From assembly GCF_009914755.1 (NCBI RefSeq), contig NC_060941.1: 64,000 nucleotides of DNA. One strand, given 5' to 3'. The position numbers and the translations under genes were made by a program. Origin of the DNA: the human T2T-CHM13v2.0 reference genome, Homo sapiens. Shown here in pieces: positions 1 to 13,334 of the stretch (the first letter of the stretch is position 1; the number at the start of each line of letters is the position of its first letter). The notes beneath the pieces are model-generated. The model was not told the DNA's origin and ran no database searches. It was given only the letters and a program-made list of their open reading frames with translations.

Positions 1-1821
1 GTGATTTCGTTTGGAAGCATCACAACACTTTAAAAATCTCAACGATTCCCAGTAGAGTAGAATCCTAGTGTTATCATTATGGTATCAGTCAGCTTCCCAA
101 ATCATAATATTTCCCAATAATGTTAGGGATATTTTAGTTCCAGTGTTAGGCAATCTTATACATTTAAAATAAAGGAATGCAAAATCATTTTTATTAGTGT
201 TTTTAAATAGGGTAAGCAGAACAAAGAGCACTGGGCAATAAGGGTTCAACAGAGTTTTTGGGCAGCATATAAATAAAGAAATAGTCCTTAGCAAAAAGGA
301 AGAGTTTACTATACTTTTTTTAGAGGGCTAGTGTTCAAATTAAAAATACATATATGCGGTTGGTCTGTATAAAAGTTCTTCACTTCTAATAAAATTCTAT
401 GGGAGGAAAACTTTCCTTCTGTTCGTATTTATAAAAAGATTCAAATTTTATTTATATTTTGTATTTATTAATATTTTCTTTTAGCAGTTATTCATTTAGT
501 TTTCAGTATTCTTTGTACTCTATTTCTGTGATCTCTGTGAAAGTAGAAAAAATAAAGCTTTGGAAAGCTGTTTTTACTTTTGTTTTAAGGAGAGAAAATG
601 AAATTCAGCTTCTGAATTATGAAGAAGTGACTAGTGCATAAAGAGATTTGTGTAAGAAACCACTAACATTAAAATGTTAGAGTAAATTACGTACATATTT
701 TGTAATATGTACACATGCTTCATTTGAAACCGTAGTGTGGCTTTAAAGCACATATGCCTTCAAAGGATGGAAAAATCCATAAAATGTTTTGAATTTTGCA
801 GCTGAAAGATAAAATATTGTGGATGGTTTAACTGATCAAGTCTTGAGAAACAAGTGACAAACTGAATAGCTGAATTAACAAATTTAAAAAGATAAGAATT
901 ATCAAAAAACTATAACATTATTTTGAGGATTTGACATAATAGTGTTATAATAAGCTATAATTGGGATTATTTTACCTAGATTACATATACGTGATTTTTT
1001 AGACTGGTTATGTCAGTCAGTGTGTATGTCAGTAAATACATTTCTACAAGATACATTTTAATGGTGAGATGATATTCCATTTTATGGATATGCCTCAACT
1101 TTCTCAACCAGTTCTCCATTGTTGCAGCTTTTTGCTTCTATAAGTAACACTGCACAGATCTCTAATTATTTTTAAAGGACAAATTATTGGAAATGAAATT
1201 GCTGGGAGGATGGCTGCCAGTTAAAGCACACATGAAACTGCTTTAACTTCAGAATAAATGATCTTAACAAAATAATTAATTTTCTACATTTATACAGTGC
1301 TGTAGAATTTGCAGAGCATATTTACATAAATTATTCTTTAAGGCTTATAATCCTTAAAGTAGGTGGTATTCCTTCTATTTCTATGTGTAAAACATTTTGT
1401 TTTGCTATTGAATTATTCTTTTAGAAGGCAACATTTAAAACATGTATCATGCAAATAATGTTTTCATTGCATATCAGTGAGAAAATATAGATAAGCAAAA
1501 ATAACAATAACAAATTTTATTTTACTTTTCCTTTATGCCGGACATTGTTCTGTGTTAGAGATACAGCTGGAAACAAACAAATATCTTGCTTTTGTAGTGC
1601 CTATATCTCACCACCCAAATAGATCCATTTGTTAACATTTTGATTTATATTATTATAGACTTCTTCACATACACACATATCTTCATATATATAACATATA
1701 TAAAACATATTTAACATGGATATCTTCACATATATATCATACATATATATAGTTTGGGTATATTTTTTCATAAAATAGTATGTCATGGACATCTCGCCAT
1801 GTCAGTATTTGGTATAGCATG

Positions 1822-2129
<308 letters not shown>

Positions 2130-2802
2130 AGCATAGCATGATTTTAAGAGTTGTATATGGATATACTTTGATTTGTTTAATCAGTTTCTCCTTATTCGAC
2201 ATTTTAGGGATTTCTAGTTTTTGTCCATGTAAACAATGCTGAGCTGAAATTCTTTTAGCTAAATCTTTGCATATATCCTTATTTATTTCGATAGTTTTCT
2301 AAAAATATGTGGTCATGTCAAGAGATTATGAAGTTTTCAAAATAAAAAGTTAAAATTAAGAAAAACTACTTCAAGTAAAACTAAATGTCTTCCCAGTCTT
2401 TTGTTTGTTTGAAATCAACTTACACTTCTGTTTGTCAGTGTGTTAAAGTGCTCATCATTAATGCCGTGAATTGGAAAATCTTGGCTCGGTTTGTAGGTAA
2501 CATCAGAAATGTTCTTTTAATTCAAGTTGTTTTGATGACTTACGAGGTGGGAGTGTGTTTACTTTTTAGTGCTTATTGGCCATTTAGGGGTTTTTTGGTC
2601 AGTTGTTTGCTGGTGAGTTTGCCTGTTTTGCTGTTGGGCTGCTTGCCTTTGTCTAAGGGCTATTGCTGTATATAGTTTGCATTGACTTATAAGGTGCAAA
2701 TATTTTCTTCAGTTTTTGTCTTTAATGTTTTACAGTGCAGATGTTTCATGTTTTTACAGTGAGGTCTTTTTATTTTAATACAAATGTAATACAGAAATTT
2801 TA

Positions 2803-3015
2803 ATAATTTCTCATCTTAGCACTACTAGCAGTTTGGACAAGATGTCTGTTGTGTGGGCTGTCCTGTGTGTTGCAGAGTGCATCCCAGCACCCCTACTTCT
2901 ACCCACTGGACACTGACGGCACTCCCCCACCCCCACTTGTGACAGCTGAAAAGTGTCTTCAGACATCACCAAATGGTCCCTGGGGCCCCAAATCACTCCC
3001 AATTAGGAACCACTG
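2803..3015 (-). mobile_element. MER20 (hAT-Charlie MITE)
   Basis: Matches the reverse complement of the recalled MER20 consensus (gttgtgtgggctgtcctgtg...ctacccactgga...ttgtgacagctgaaaagtgtcttcagacat...gaaccactg). Confidence 0.85.
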
Positions 3016-3136
3016 CTTTAACAATTTCTACTTTCATTTTTTTTTTCTGAGATCTTTGCCCAAGATCCTGGCTATAATTTCTGTCTCAGGCAAACGCTGG
3101 CCCACATTTCTTTTTGTTTAATTACTCGTGGATAGC

Positions 3137-3247
3137 TAGGGTGACCATATGTACTTCTTTATGCCTGTGTTCATGGCGTAATTACTATGAATGCCTCTTT
3201 TACTTTCAAGTGTCCTAGTTTGGACAAGTAATTGTATGGTCTTGCTA
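3137..3247 (+). mobile_element. MER94-like hAT-Blackjack MITE (copy 1)
   Basis: TIR TAGGGTGACCATA ... tatggtcttgcta; internal gcgtaattact...gtgtcctagtttggac. Confidence 0.65.
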
Positions 3248-3483
3248 TTCATAGCCCACCTATGCCTTCAATCTTTCACTGTAAATGAGATGTAAAAATA
3301 TCTTTGTATCAAAACAAATCTCCTCTTTGGTTCTTTTTTTTTTTCTTTCTTTCTTTTTCCACAAGTGTTCCCATGAGACAAGTAGAGATTTCCTGACCAC
3401 AGCCAAGGTCACCTGGCTGGCCTCAGCTTTCACCCTCTTTGTAGCTACATCTTGCTCTACTGTCAGCCTAATTGTACTGTTTT

Positions 3484-3512
3484 ACACACACACACACACA
3501 CACACCACACAC
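3484..3512. repeat. (AC)n microsatellite, interrupted
   Basis: (AC)11 followed by cacacac. Confidence 0.95.
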
Positions 3513-4112
3513 GACCTTAGAAAACATTTCACATCCATTATTACTCTGCTATTAGCAAATTGTTCTAGAATCTTGATGACTGATCTCCTTAGTTTTTACA
3601 ATATTCCTAGCAGATTGTCTCCTCATTACTATGGTTGTCACTGATTCCCAAGGCCACTGGCTCTATAAGTGGACAGCCTTGATGAGTAGAATGCTCTTCC
3701 TCATCCTGAGCCAAAGTCAGCCTCCTTATAACTTCAATCTGTTGGTCATAGTTCTGCTATGTGGAAAAACTCAGTGTTCTTTTTTCTTTCATATGATAAT
3801 ACTTCCAGTGTATCACTTTCTGACTATGGTTAGTAGCCACTTGTAGTATTGCTGTATAGTTATTCATTTATATCTCTTTCCTAGAGAACTCTTAACTTCT
3901 GGAAACCAATGATTATGACTAACATATTTTGTACATCCATCACCTCTGCCCACAAGCATATAGAGCAAGACAGTAGAGTACAACTTTGAAGGAATATGTA
4001 TGAGGGAGGGGAGAAAGTAGCAATAAGTGTTCATGATAACACTAATTGCAGCAAACACTTGTGCTATATGCCAAAGAATGTTCTAAGCATTGTACATACA
4101 TTAGATCATTTG

Positions 4113-4314
4113 TTTGAGTCTAGGTTCATCAGGTTTCAAAAAAAAGATAGTTCTTTTGAAAGATCAAATAAATGGTGAATGAATTCATAACTTAGTCTTA
4201 GCTTTAAGGAAAACCATTGATGTTCTCAGCGACTTTACTTTGGAGAAAATTAGAAGAAAGGCACAAAACATAAGTAGAGTTTCAGATCTGAGAACCAGGT
4301 TATAATTAGAAAGG
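4113..4314 (+). repeat. Local direct duplication, copy 1 of a ~200-bp unit
   Basis: Aligns over its length with 5788-5983 (e.g. aaataaatggtgaatgaatt, aaccattgatgttctcag, ttggagaaaatta, aagaaaggcacaaaacataagtaga, tttcagatctgagaa). Confidence 0.93.
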
Positions 4315-5787
4315 TAAGTGTGACAAGGGTATGTTATCTTTGGGATCTAGTGTATCTGTGAATGTTGAATAATTTTTGTGAAAGCAAATGAAAGATCAAG
4401 AGGTGTGAATAAAATAGGGTCAAGAAGAGACATGTTTTTTGTTTAATACTGACAATATTTGAGAGACATTCATGGCTGAAATAAGGTAAAAAAGAAGGGC
4501 TTTGGATAAAGAGCTCTGAATTATAGAGTAGGTAGGGCAAAAGAAAATTTACATCTTTTTAAACTCTGAAAGGAAAAACAGGTAAAGATTTTTTTGTTTT
4601 CCCAGTGAATATGAGATTAATATCTAATGCATTTTTCTCCATTTTCCTTTTCTCTGATGTTTCTTGTGTTTTGACTATACAGTCTGCCTAGAGCAATAGA
4701 AACTGACTTTCATCTTCTATGTTGAACAAAAGTGGTTATTAAATTTGATGTTGTATTCTAGGAGAATAAGACTTATGTTAGTGAATACCAGTGATGTGAT
4801 TTATTGAACATCATACATATAAGAAAAAATCAATATGAAAAATATATTTTTCTTCTGAATGTTGTGATTTGTTTGACTTTGATGTTTTAGCTGCTGGGCA
4901 ACTTGCATTCATTCAGTGGTCTCTGAAGTTGATAACTCATGGCTTATTCAGATGATTCAAATTAGCTACTGCACTAGATCAGGTTTGCCTAGAGAGTTCT
5001 TGAATACCATGTGGGAAAGAGTCTCTAACTAAATATGGTTTTTATATATAAGGAAAATGATGAGCATTACTGAACAATGACAGAAAGAAAATGCATTTTG
5101 AATGCAGAGTCTCTTTTCCTGAATTTAAATAACCTCAAATAATTTCTAAATTACATTTGATTCCCCTTTCCAGAATGATCCATCTCAGTGGAGTGAATTT
5201 GGCATTGGTGTTTATAACCAAAATAACTCCAGGTGAGGTTTTGCCAACAAATGCAGAAATTATGATAATTCGAACGTATATTTGTAAATAGTTTTTCAAT
5301 AATTTACATGCCACTGGTCATTATTCGCTTCTTAATGATGACTCTGTGAGGTGGCATTATTCCAGTATTGTAGAAGAAGAAAATGAAGCTTAATGGTACT
5401 ATTGATCACACGTGTTTGAAAGTGGTCAAATTGGGAGCAGAACCTGTGGACCCAGTTCACTACTATTTCCTCTCAAATGAGATGTCTTATTCCAGTCACT
5501 ACCTTGGAATCAGGCTATTCTTTATTAATATGAGTCTTCCTGCTACCAGGTTAACTGCTGACATCCTTGCCACGGTGTAGTAGAGGTGGAGTTAACATAG
5601 TGGATGTGGTGATGTATCTACCTCTAACGACATCGAGTGGATCTAGAGCACTTATGTCTTAGTCAAACTAAGTGTTCCATTAATGTTAGCTATTATTATT
5701 GTTATTAACATAAAAGTTTGGTCAGGTTTTGGCCCACATCTTTCACATGTTCAGAGTCTGAATATCTTGCAGTTATCTCCAGTGTTG

Positions 5788-5983
5788 GTTGAGTCTAGAT
5801 TCCTGGGATTTCAGAAAAAAAAGAACTATTTTGGAAGATGAAATAAATGGTGAATGAATTTATAACTTAGCTTTAAGGAGAACCATTGATGTTCTCAGAG
5901 ACTTTATTTTGGAGAAAATTACAAGAAAGGCACAAAACATAAGTAGAATTTCAGATCTGAGAAGCAGGGTCTTAATGAGAAGG
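5788..5983 (+). repeat. Local direct duplication, copy 2 of a ~200-bp unit
   Basis: See copy 1; lacks the 6-nt tcttag micro-duplication present in copy 1. Confidence 0.93.
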
Positions 5984-8299
5984 AAACATGTTTATTTTTC
6001 TCAGAGTACTAAGACTTGGGTTATACTGGCAAACTTTAATATATGTATGTTATGAATATATGTATATATTTATGTCAAGTATGTATATACTTGTTTATGA
6101 ATTCTTCATATTTGGATATGTGGTGATGTCTTGGGTTCAGCAGACATTGATTTTCTGCTATTCGGTAAGCATTGTGGAATTATGTATGAGGTTCTGGTAA
6201 ATCAAAGAAATGTTGGTGGAAAAGGGTGATTCAAAAGCAGATAATTAATTGAGACATAATGGAAATGATACAATGTGGACTTGGGGAGTTATAATTCTTG
6301 GTGTGTATCTCTGGGTAGCATGTTGTGATTAAACCTGATTTGGGTGGCTTGGAGACTTGCTTCCTTCATCTCCCCACCACCCCCACCTAGCAGAGGTCAA
6401 AGTAACGCTCTTTTCTAATTATCTCTTTCTTTTCTTTTTTTAATCTTCAGTTATATTTTGCCATTCCTGATGGTTTTTGTTCTTCTGAATCCCATTAGCC
6501 TCCTAGTTCTCTGCTCTGAACCACAGACTCCCCTCCCTGTTATCTGGGTTAGATTGACTGTTGGTTGACTGATGACTGATGGCATTGATGTAAAAACTGA
6601 CTGTGTGGCTGATCCCTGGGAGACTGTATCGTTTCTTTGTCTCATACTCTCTTTGCCTTAGTGACAAACTGCTTTTAAGGTTTAATTTGTGAACATTTCG
6701 ATGCCTTCATATGTATTTTTTGCTTTAAAATTGGTATCATTGGATGATTCTGAATTCTAAACTGAGCCCCCAGACACTGAAAGGAATAGGAATTGGGATG
6801 TCAGAGGGTGGTGGGGATGGACAGTAGAGCAGATGTTAATTGTTATACCTATGCTTCTTTAACCCAGACTACCTTTTGAGACTTCTTTGTCTGTTGCTGT
6901 TTCTAACTAGTAATAGAGCTCCAGACTGCTTTGAGCAAGCTATTAGACCTTTAAAATTTGTGTGTAAGTGATTAAGTAAATCCTAAAATTCACATTTTCA
7001 TGAGCACCCATTTCTGTCTTATCAATTTTCTAAGAAGTTTTAGAAAATATTGTTGGGCAAGAAAGGGAAATTACTTACCTGTGTGATTAATCTTAAGGAA
7101 AATTTCACTCTGGCATTTCCTTCAGATCCTATGCCAGATTTCTTCCGGAAACAACGATCACAGGGGGAACAAAGAAATTCTAAAGGATTTGAATGATGGA
7201 ATGTAGAGATAGGATGAAACAAAAGAGAAATTTTGGTAGTTAATCAGATTTATGTATACTTGTAATCTAGAATATCTTTATACTTTAAAATATACTGTGT
7301 AACCTTAAAATACTAAGTTAAAGTACAGCTTTAGCTTTCATTCTGACTGGCCTTTCCTTAGTACTAAAAGGTATTTACCTGCTAGCTTACAAGAAAGAAA
7401 ACTACCACTTACAAGGAAGAAAACTTTGATTTCAAGAAAGAAATAAAAGTCTAATTTAATATTCCATCATTTTCATTAATATGTCTGAATAAAATTAAGA
7501 TCTGATATTGCTTTTAGCAAAAGTATGGTTGGTAATCTAGAAAATGCCATTGTGTCATATTGCTGTCATTAGATGAAGTAAATACAAAGGATTAAATAGT
7601 ACAGTGTATAATTTCCTTAAACAGCTAGCTGAAGATATGTGGATAAAGATCCTTCCCCTAATGTTACTGATGTAATCTACTAACTTAAAATAATGGGGAT
7701 TAAATACAGCTTCTGACCTTAAGAACATACCATAAGACCAGATTCTCAGTTCTTATAAAAATGTTCAGGGATTTATAAATTAGAATATCAATTAAGGACA
7801 GAATTTACTGAGGCTGAATTCCTTTCATGATTTTCACTTACTCTGATTGAGCGCGTGGCTGAAGAGTGTATTTGAGTGAGCATGCACAAAGTGTAATGTA
7901 TTTTTTCCACAAGAGGAAAAATAGTTTATAAGTTTTCCAGCAGAACATATTCAGCCATCCTAAGAACCTACGTCTTAAGTAAAGTCAGGTTACATCAGAA
8001 ATGACCCTCTTTGTAAACACTCAGTGAACATTCAGGCTTTAAGACTTTAATACCTTCAAAAAGCAGTTCACACTTCCACAGAATTTTGTTTATTCTACTT
8101 AGTTCAAATGCAGATTATTGATGTTGGGGAAGGCAGTTGAAATCCTCTTGACATTCACCCACCTATTAGAAAGTAATTCTGATTTGGCTGGACCAGAAAG
8201 GAGAATGCCATTACATAGTAGAAAGTGCTGATATTCTTTGCTGTTATTTTCTTGAAAGCTATTTTCTGGAAGGATCCATGTATATGTATTGATTACTTT

Positions 8300-8800
8300 T
8301 GCTGGAGATAAAAAGATTGGTTCCTACTCTGAAGTGGCTTACAGTCTGGTAGAGGAAGACAGATGAATAAATAAGTGCAATAAAACAATAACATTTATTG
8401 GCTCTGTAACAGAATATAGGCAGTGCCTTAGGCATGTAAAGGAAGGTGTAGGGAGTGGCCGTTTCTACCTGTGAAGGTCACGAAAGCTTCTCAGAAAAGT
8501 GACCAGAACATCAAAAGGTTAGATGGGTTTTTTACTAAGTATGTGCATGTGATAGGGGAACTTTCCAGACAGAGGGAGCATCATGAGTAAAGACCCAGAG
8601 ATGTGAAATTTTATAACATGGAGGACCATTTGGGGAACTACAAACATTGCAGTGTAGCAGAAGCACAAGTTTGGGAGGATACTGTGAGACATTTGGCTAA
8701 AGAAGCAGGAGGGCAGGCCGAGAAGGGCATATGTGCTTTGCTAAAGCAACCAGACTTACCCTGTAGGTGTCGGGCAGCCATTGGTAGGTTTTGGTAACAT
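8300..8800 (-). mobile_element. L2 fragment
   Basis: Degenerate L2 3' region (gcttacagtctggtagaggaagacag ... ttccagacagagggagcatcatgagtaaagacccagag). Confidence 0.55.
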
Positions 8801-11149
8801 AATTAATGGCTTTCTGTTAATCTTAGGTTAGAGAAGGAAGTCCTGACTTTGACCTATAGACTCTGCATGATCTGATTCTTCTCAAGACCCATCTCCTTTC
8901 GCTGTCCACGTCCGAACTACAGGATCTTCTAGATTTCAGCTAAAACGTCATTCATTCATTCATTAAAATGTCAACAGACATTTCAGTTGACCTAGTCATG
9001 CTCCTCTGGCATAACTTTAATTCTGTTTGTTCAATATCTTCATTTTCTCATCACAGAAAGCACCAAAAATCAGCCCATGCATTTCAACCTCCCTTCTGTC
9101 CTCTGTTCTTGTGTACTCTGCCCCCTTGTGCCTTCCTCCCTTCACTCTCATACCCAACAAAACCTGTCATTGGGTTGAACTTGTCTTGACTCCTCCACCC
9201 CAATTCTTGTCTTTGAAGTAGGACATACAATGTTTATATTATTTACTAAAAAAAGGATGATGATGAAAAAGAGCTTTTTTCTGAAAACGGAATTCTTCTC
9301 AAGTAAGTAATAGAATGTAGTTTTCTCTCTTATTTTCATGTTGAGAAAGTGAAGCATGAACTATCTCAGCAGCTTATATAGAATCAAGCCACAGGTACTG
9401 AATTTTAGCTCGTAGATTCAGCTGCTAACCATGGATAATTGTGTCTTCTTGAATTATATCGTAAAAGAGCTCATTGTTTTTAAATTTTAAAAGAGGAGGA
9501 GTATGTTACTGCTTTAGCATTCAAAAGGTAAAGTCACAGAGACTCAAAATTGCTTCAAGAAACACCTGGTAATTGCAAATGTGTTTACAATTATTTCTCT
9601 ACTGATGGCATTATGTTTCAGAAAGTGCCATTAATTGTGATAGAGTAACACACAGCTCTCTTTGTGAAATTTAAGTCTATTGAATATCAGCACCTTCAAA
9701 GACAATAAAAATTCCAGCCTGCATTTATCTATTCCCATGTGAGGCGTTACGACAATGTATATTGTATCTTTCCATGTGAAATTCTTTGGCCTAATCGCCT
9801 CTCATTTATACTCAGTTGTCTGAGGTCAGTTTTCCATTTTGCAGTTGTCAAACAGCTGTCAAATTAAAACACCAGATCCTAAAGTTAATTTACTTTTTGT
9901 GTCATTCCATATTAGTATATTTTTTGACTTCAGTATTTAAAGAGTTATCCACATTTCTTAATCATCCTTTCCCTCAGTTATCCCATTTTTTCCTGCAACA
10001 GTTCACACGTACATTAAGTATGGTACTCTAGATATCATTATTATTTTGCAAGCATAGTGTTTAAAAATTCACATGAACTTTATAAATAAACACTTGAATT
10101 AGGCATTCAGCCAATTAACTCCAGTGTTCTTTTTGCAAGAAGAGAAAATCAAATCACTTTAAACATGTCATCCTTATTTTCATTGTCATGCTTATTTTCA
10201 TCCTTATTTTTATCATCATTTCTATCAAGTTGAAATCTCAATAGTAATTGAACATAGAATTCGTAATTGCATTCTAAATGTCAGTATAGGTTAGTATAAT
10301 AGTAAAAAAATTCAGCATTCATTTTTAATAATTCATTGATCAAAGAAATATTTTTGATTATGCCATTGATGTTTTACTACAAAGCCTCAAGTTGCCAGCG
10401 GGTGACATTAACACCGTAATCCTCTGTGAAAGAAGTCTAGCCCTTAGGTGTTTGATGAATACTTTAGAGTTAAATAATTTGGTGAAAGACCTATAGTCAT
10501 ATCCATATAGAACTCTTAGTTGTTAGATAGAAAACACCTAAAATGAATATTCTTAAGTTATGGTAATTAGGGTTTACATGTAGTTGCATAAAAATGTCCC
10601 TATATTAGTTTATTTAACCTTTTCCACTAAGGTCATTTTAATCAATAGTTGTTTGCTACTTGATTTCCATAAACTTGCAAGTTAGATAGGGCTTAATTTA
10701 ATCTTTTCTAGAATTTTGACACATTCTCCTCTGAGATCTCCTAACTCCTTGTATATGGCTCTGTTATATCATTTATTAAATTGCACTTCAGTATATTTTT
10801 ATGCATCTGAATGCTCCACTAGCTTATGAGTCCCCTCTTGCTATAAGGGCATATTTTATTCATCTTAATTCTTGGTACCTGACAGGCACTCAGTGAATGG
10901 CTGCTGAATAAATGAAGGAGAGCATGGGTCAACAAATGAGAACATAAACTCAACAATTAAAAGGGGCTAAACACACAGTGTTACTTTGTTTCTTTATTAC
11001 TGCAAATTCATCAGATCTGTCATTTAAAAATGAAACTACATTTTACGATGTACAGAGGAAGATGGTCCTATTGTTTGTACACATTTTCTTGGAAATGTAT
11101 TAGTCATTGAGCTTATAATAAAACAAGTTGAATTAAAATTTGGGTAATA

Positions 11150-11832
11150 ATCACCAGTCAGAGTGGCTATTATTAAAAAGACAAGAAATAACAGATGTTG
11201 GAGAGGATGCAGAGAAAAGGGAACTCATACACTGTTGGTAGGAATGTAAATTAGCACATCTTTGTGGAAAATAATATGGAGATCTCTCAAAGAACTAAAA
11301 ATAGAAAACTATCATTTGATCCAGCAATCCCACTACTGGGTATCTACCCAAAGGAAAAGAAATCAATGTATCAAAAAGATACCTGCACTCATATGTTTAT
11401 CACCGCCCTACCACCGTAGCAAAGATATGCAATCAACCTAAGCGTCCATCAATGGATGATTACATAAGGAAAATGTGGATAAGAAAATGGAATACTATTC
11501 AGCCATTAAAAAGAATGAAATAATGTCTTGTGCAGCAACATGGAACCAGAGTTCATTATATTAAGTAAAACGAGTCAGACACAGAAAGATAAATACTGCA
11601 TGTTTTCATTTATAAGTGGAAACTAAATAATGTGTACACATGGCCATAGAATATGAAATGATTCACAGTGGAGATTCAAAAGGGTGACAGGGTTTGGAAA
11701 GGGTGGATGATGAGAAACTGGAACAATGTAAGTTATTCAGTTGATGAATACCCTAAGAGCCCAGACTTCACCACTGTGCAATCTATACATGCAGTAAAAT
11801 TACATTTCTACCCCATACATTTATTTTTAAAA
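11150..11832 (+). mobile_element. L1 3' fragment (L1PB-type): end of ORF2 plus 3' UTR
   Basis: caccagtcagagtggctattattaaaaag...gatccagcaatcccactactgggtatctacccaaagg...; terminal agcccagacttcaccactgtgcaatctatacatg typical of L1PB. Confidence 0.88.
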
Positions 11833-12004
11833 ACATGGTATACTAAGGGAAGAGATAAAATTAAGCTAAAGTTAATGGCAATGTAAAAGTTATTTATAAC
11901 AGCATAGCAGTTTTTTTTCATATAATACTAAATGAAATTGTGCATTAATTTCATCTTCTTTGTCATTTGAAGGCTTTTAAAAGTTACCCTTCATTAACTG
12001 GTAC

Positions 12005-12125
12005 ATCAGTCCCCGTTATCCTTTCTGGTGTTTCAGTTACCCACAGTCAACTGAGATCTGAAAATATTAAATGGAAAATTCCAGAAATAATTCCTAAGTT
12101 TAAGTTGCCAGCCATCCTGAGTAGC
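12005..12125 (+). mobile_element. MER44/Tigger7-family end fragment
   Basis: gtccccgttatcc...gtttcagttacccacagtcaactgagatctgaaaatattaaatggaaaattccagaaataa matches the recalled MER44 terminus. Confidence 0.75.
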
Positions 12126-12214
12126 CATTAGTGAAAATGTATTTCAAAGATACATTTTCTCATCAGAAATTTCATTACTAGAGGAAAACACAAGCTAGGA
12201 GATACAGAAACTCA

Positions 12215-12740
12215 GACTCTCTCTAGATCTCTAAACTGCCCTCTCAACAGCTCCGCTTAGACTTACGCAGGACACCACAAGTTTAACACTTCTACAACTT
12301 CTGATCTTTCCCCTCAAACCTGCTCTGACTTCCATCTCAGCTACTGTCAATCCAATCTGCTGGTTGCTCAGGCCAGAAATGCTGGAGTCATCAATGACTC
12401 CTGGTTTCTCTCAAACCCCACATTCATGCCATCAGGAAATTATGCTGATTGTGTGCATGCATGTACACACACACACACACACACACACACGTGTTAGCTG
12501 TGGAAGTTGTGAGGAATGATTAGAGGATGGCTGGATTTTCCAGCCAGTTCTTACAGCCTTCAGGTTAGCACCACCATCATCTCTTGCCAGGGTTGTAATA
12601 ACCTCTCTATCACTATTACTACTTCTACCTTCTCCTTCTACAGCATCCTCAACACAACATCCAGAGCGATCTTCTGGAAATATAAATGAGATCATATCCC
12701 TCTTCTAATCAAAACCTTGCAGGGACTTCCCTGGTCCTGT
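12215..12740 (+). mobile_element. L2 fragment interrupted by (AC)13
   Basis: ttcccctcaaacctgctc...gttgctcaggccagaaatgctggagtcatc...ctcaacacaacatccagagcgatctt. Confidence 0.7.
12465..12490. repeat. (AC)13 microsatellite
   Basis: Direct read. Confidence 0.95.
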
Positions 12741-13334
12741 GTGAACATTGTGCCACCCACCCCTAACTCCTGTTTCTTCACACACTGGTCAACACATTCT
12801 TTTCATGTTATTTATCTTAAATTTTGAGAAAAGTAACATGGGCTTATGTTCACCATGCTTTAATTACAAATATTTATTCATTATTTGTATTTCCCTTTTT
12901 GTTAGTTGTCAGTATTGTTCTGTCATATCTTTTGTCCATTTTAGCATGAAGATATTTTATTTTTAAAGAACATACAAGGGCTTTTTTTACGTTAAAAACA
13001 TTAACCCTTTGTTACAACTGTTTTTCTGATCCTGTCCCTTACTTTGCTCTTTATGTTTATTTTGGGTTATATGGAGGCTTTACATTTCAAAATATCAAAT
13101 CTGTTGTTTTGTAGTTTCTTCCTTGGGAAAGATCATTAGAAAGGCTTTACATAGTAATAGGTGGATTTTAAAAAAATGTGTGAGGTGGTGATTTAACTTA
13201 ATTCGGTCCTAAACTGTTAGCTGGTTGTTCTGGGCTTATTTTTAAATGCCACTCTTATAATGTGCCACATTATGCTGTATTTTGGATTTGTTTCTGACTC
13301 ATTATTCCGTTTTCAAAATCACATCCTATATCTC

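Noticed and set aside
5060-5074. 15-mer atgagcattactgaa repeated at 22706-22720; nearby ATGATGA...CTGA resembling C/D boxes
   Set aside because: One or two 15-mer matches are expected by chance in 64 kb of AT-rich DNA; the C-D spacing is far too short for a snoRNA.
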